Shown here in pieces: positions 60,101-64,000 of a DNA stretch of 64,000 nucleotides. Numbering within the stretch: position 1 is the stretch's first letter; each line of letters starts with the position of its first letter. The position numbers and the translations under genes are program-made. Location: assembly GCF_001194135.2 (NCBI RefSeq), contig NC_068982.1, positions 3,922,605 through 3,986,604 of the forward strand. Direction: 5' to 3'. This DNA is from Octopus bimaculoides (lineage: Eukaryota). The notes beneath the pieces were generated by a model. It was not told where the DNA came from, ran no database searches, and worked only from the letters and a program-made list of their open reading frames with translations.

Positions 60101-61944
60101 GGTGGTGGTGGTGGTNNNNNNNNNNGGTGGCGGCGGCTTCGGTGGTGGTGATGATGGATGTGTGTATGTATGTATATAAAAGTGGTGAGGACGGAAATCC
60201 TTCAAAGGGATGTCAAAAATCCAATTCTGCCGGTACAGTCCAAGTAAAGAGTATATATAAAAATATATACATATAAATACAATTTGTAGAATCTATATTG
60301 GTTCCGTATCAACCTGGATTATGAATTAAAGTTCGTCTACACATAATTTTTCCTTTCCTTATACTTCATATGTATGTGTATATATATTAGCATGGAAAGC
60401 GGACGTTAAACGATGATGATGATGATGATGATATATATATATATATGCACACAGATTTTATTACTTCAATTTATTCCATTAATTTTATATGAATGTATCC
60501 ACACATTCAACAACATTAATATCATAATTGTCTTTTCTTTGTTCATGGAGAGTTGTAGTTGGATGTCAGATTTGTAGCTTAAGGCCCAGGGGTTTGCATT
60601 GTATTACTGGTATATAGTGTGTATATAATATGTTCAGTATCAAGTATTGAAATGGCTGCGTGTATACTATTAGAAGAATTCTTACAGAGAAGGAGAATAA
60701 ATTTAAGAACTTTATATTTACTACATAAAAATATATTTTATTCATTGGTTGTTGATGAAATATAATCAAAATGTAGAATTTAATTGAATGAAGTAATCTA
60801 TGCAAGGAAGTTCAGAAATGTAGAAATAACAGCTAAGTGGTGGTTTTCAGTCATGTGGCATAGAGAAATAGATGGCCATAGCAACGACGTGTATGGCAGT
60901 AAGTCTAGTCGACTAAGAAGCGAAGAGCAGGGCAAGCAAGCTGTTTTTATTAATGGAACGCTAGACATTCTAGAAACTTCCAAGAGAAACACGAAGCTTA
61001 TTGAATAATTAAGAATTACTTCTCAGGACGTAGAATCTTCCGAGAAACTTATTAAAGGGAGATTACTCTATAACATTTCTTGCAAGATAGATCATTCAAC
61101 TATTTTAGCTACAGACCACAAGATTACTCTACTGGTATTGTGCTGACACGAACACTATCCCAATCTACCCATCTTATAATAGATACCATGAAGAATAACA
61201 ATTTTGTGCTGAAGGTGGTGACTATTCTAAAAGTAATGAGTGTCCTGTTAGCTTACAGGGATGACTTGGAATCTGGAATGGGTTTCACTAGGTTGATGAT
61301 TATCCAAGAGGTAATCCATAAAAAACGAATGTATTGAATGCCATTCTCGTGTTGTTGTTTTTATCTTCCTCTATCTGTGGTACCACAGGTAATCTGTTGT
61401 CTTACTTTTATACCAAATGTAGTGAGGTATTTTTTCAAAGTACAGGAGTTTGGATATGGACTCTTGTGGTTTGCAAAATGTTTTAACTTTTCTCAATGTT
61501 TCTGCTGTTACATGTCACAGGTGAGCAAAGTGTTAATATTCCTTTTCTCCAGTGTAATGGCTGCTTGACAATCCAATTCTTCATCGATCTACTCTGCTGA
61601 TACAAATTCCTACAATCTTAAGTGGAGAAAGCTTATCCCATCTCTTTGAAATTCAAATAAACTCATTTGACCTCTAATAGGGGTCATTGACATCAGCCTG
61701 GGGCTATTACTGCTTACCTCAGAGTTCCAATAAAGAAACAAAACAATAGATTAAAAGTCAAATAATGTGGGGATTTGCTCACTAATTTTCAATGTCCCAT
61801 CAATGCTTTTATTAACCCTTTCCTTAGAATCATTATTTTTACATGCCTTTTCCTCTCTGTTAGATTTGAATATCTCCCACCTGAGGTCAGGAGGTGGCTA
61901 AGGAGGCCTTACAGAGACAGACAAACAAAAAATTTTCTGACTGT

Positions 61945-62210
61945 TGATGTATCATCATATTTCTATTTTCCATGCTGGCATGGGTTGGATGATCTGACGA
62001 GCTGACAAGCCGGAGGGCTGCTCAGGTTCCTGTCGTTCATTTTGACATGGTTTCTATGGCTGGATACCCTTCCTAACACTTTACAGAGTGTATTGAGTGC
62101 TTTTTATGTGGTATCAGTACCTGCAGGGTTGTCACATAGCTTACAAGACAAGAAAATCTCAACTTAGAGAAGTGGCTGCGTCCCAGGTGAGAGGTTGGAG
62201 TATGATAGAT
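61945..62210 (-). mobile_element. RTE-tailed repeat
   Basis: Same tail; 5' part resembles 12090-12170. Confidence 0.7.
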
Positions 62211-62271
62211 AATCTGAATTTCATTGAGTCATTCTTTTGGTTTTTTTATGTTTTCCTTTTCGTATTTTTAG

Positions 62272-62438
62272 ATGAACTGAAGGAAAAAAAATTATCGAAA
62301 AAAATGAAAACACAAGAAAAAACAAAAAAGAAAGCTACAGAAGAAAGAACCATTACAGAATCAGAAGAAAAATTGAATACAAATACCAAAAATAAAGAAA
62401 AAAATGATGGCAAAGGTTGTAGAATTAAAATATACTAA
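62272..62438 (+). CDS. Putative third exon (N-ELKEKKLSKKMKTQEKTKKKATEERTITESEEKLNTNTKNKEKNDGKG...)
   Basis: Long polypyrimidine acceptor ending tttttag|; open only in phase 1, matching the previous exon. It ends either at a weak donor AAG|GTTGTA (62415) or at TAA 62436-62438. Confidence 0.4.
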
Positions 62439-62977
62439 AATGATCTGTTGTTGCAGCCTTATATTCTTGCCGTTATTTTTGAGTAGGTTCAGCATTTCTT
62501 GGCTTGATTTTTGGTACAAATGCTATTGATCAAGCAAAGCAGTTTAATGATTTTTTTGCAATGGTCATTATAAACCTTGCTCTAAAATGTAATATTTAAA
62601 ACTTGCAGTCTTCAAATTTAAAAATAGTGAGAAACTTTTTGTAAAAGATTTTAATACAACATGGAACAAATCTAAAAGTTTTGCTGAATCTCATTGTTTA
62701 TTCCTTCTTTGGTATTTTTTTAACATTTGGTGTTGATTCGTTTTAGAATTTAATTTTTTTTATGTATTTTAGCTTGTTGCCATGATAATTATAAATTTGG
62801 TCATTTTGTAAACTGAACAGATGTTTTTTAAGAAGTCATTATTAACCTTGTCCAACCCATGCCAGCATGGACAACAGACGTTGAAAGATGATGATGATGA
62901 TGTGTAGCAGACTAGTGCTCCTGTACAGACAATGATGATTTGATGGAGAGAGTGAGCTCATGTAATAGCACAAACAT

Positions 62978-63262
62978 TTCATCATCATCATCATTTAACA
63001 TCCGTTTTCCATGCTGGCATGGGTTGGACGGTTTGACTGAGGACTGGCAAGCCAGAAGGCTGCACCAGGCTCCAGTCTGATCTGTCAAAGTTTCTACAGT
63101 TGTATGCCCTTCCTAATGCCAACCACTCTGAGAGTGTAGTGGGTGCGTTTTAATGTGCCACCAGCACAGGGGCCCAGAGGGGGCTGGCATCAACCACATT
63201 TGGATGGTGCTTTTACGTGCCACTAGCACGGGAGCCAGTCAAGGCGGTGCTGGCATAGGCCA
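62978..63262 (-). mobile_element. Short RTE 3'-end copy
   Basis: Same 3' UTR and tail. Confidence 0.8.
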
Positions 63263-63574
63263 AATCATCTGTGCAGGTTCTTTAGCATGGAATTGCTGAA
63301 TTGTCTTTCTTGGACTTAAAAGACTAACGAGAAGATTGACTTCTAATTAAGAAGTGGATGAGATAAAACTCTCTTGGATAAAAATGTGATCTGACAGTTC
63401 TGATACTCATGCAAAACAGTCCTAATTTGCTACAATATATGTCTAAACTCTTAGCACCATACGTCTGTATGAAAGGACTTTTCAAGGTGAATGCCACAGT
63501 ATTTGGCGTTCCAGCAACACAGTCATGTTTATATATAGATATAAACACATATATATACCAGAGTAAGCACATAA

Positions 63575-63810
63575 ATGTGAAACAAGGTGGAAGAAATAGT
63601 ACTCGAATACCAGAGGTAGAGTAATATGCTTTATTAATAAAGATTCAAGGACATCAGAGTTTCACATTCCCATTTGTCGGACAGTTTTGGTTGAGATAAA
63701 ACTCTCCTTGGATAAAAATGTTTTATCTCAACCAAAACTGTCCGATGAACAGGAACGTGAAACTCTGAATAACAGTTTTTGTGATGTCTTTGCAGCTTTA
63801 TTAATAAAGT
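63575..63810. mobile_element. H2 element with long internal inversion
   Basis: Minus arm with the full tail, then a plus arm with AAAACTGT-CCGATGA-ACAGGAACGT-GAAAC...ACAGTTTT (63734-63779) ending at CTTTATTAATAAAG. Confidence 0.7.
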
Positions 63811-64000
63811 ACAGTGATACCTCACAGTACGAGTTTAGTTCGTTCCCTGACTGAGCTTATCTTATGATTTACTTGTTTTACAAAACTTTCCCCGTTGAAA
63901 TTAACTAAAATATAATTAATCTGTTCTAGCCTCCAAAAAACCACGTAAAAATAATTTTTTATGGGTTTTAAAACAGAAAAGGTGTAGTTACAAGTAAAAT
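63811..64000 (+). mobile_element. Left end of a Tigger/pogo-like MITE
   Basis: TA-CAGTGATACCTCACAGTACGAG start. Confidence 0.5.

Noticed and set aside
60780-61700. Decayed coding-like sequence, possibly a retroelement body
   Set aside because: No diagnostic motif recovered in any frame.

Overview
Eukaryotic, AT-rich, repeat-dense genomic DNA with about ten N-gaps. The SINE, LINE and microsatellite repertoire suggests an octopus genome (inference from recall, not a database result). One clear protein-coding gene: an intronless class A (rhodopsin-like) orphan GPCR at 21063-21989 (+). A second, spliced, Lys/Glu-rich gene can be assembled by hand from three phase-compatible + strand exons (56830-56928, 59670-59703, 62272 onward) starting at a CpG-rich promoter. 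The rest is mostly transposon material: three tRNA-derived SINE families, many RTE 3' ends, R4/Dong and CRE LINE fragments, mariner and maT relics, piggyBac, hAT and Tigger MITEs, and a Helentron-type element. The most striking observation is a set of Penelope-like element (PLE) derivatives carrying minimal type I hammerhead ribozyme motifs. These include a ~256-nt tRNA-headed SINE-like element with a hammerhead (6 loci, inserted as inverted arms with target-site duplications), a second family with a CCGANGA core variant, and a third hammerhead near a PLE reverse-transcriptase relic. All structures were folded and aligned by eye; novelty was not checked against any database.
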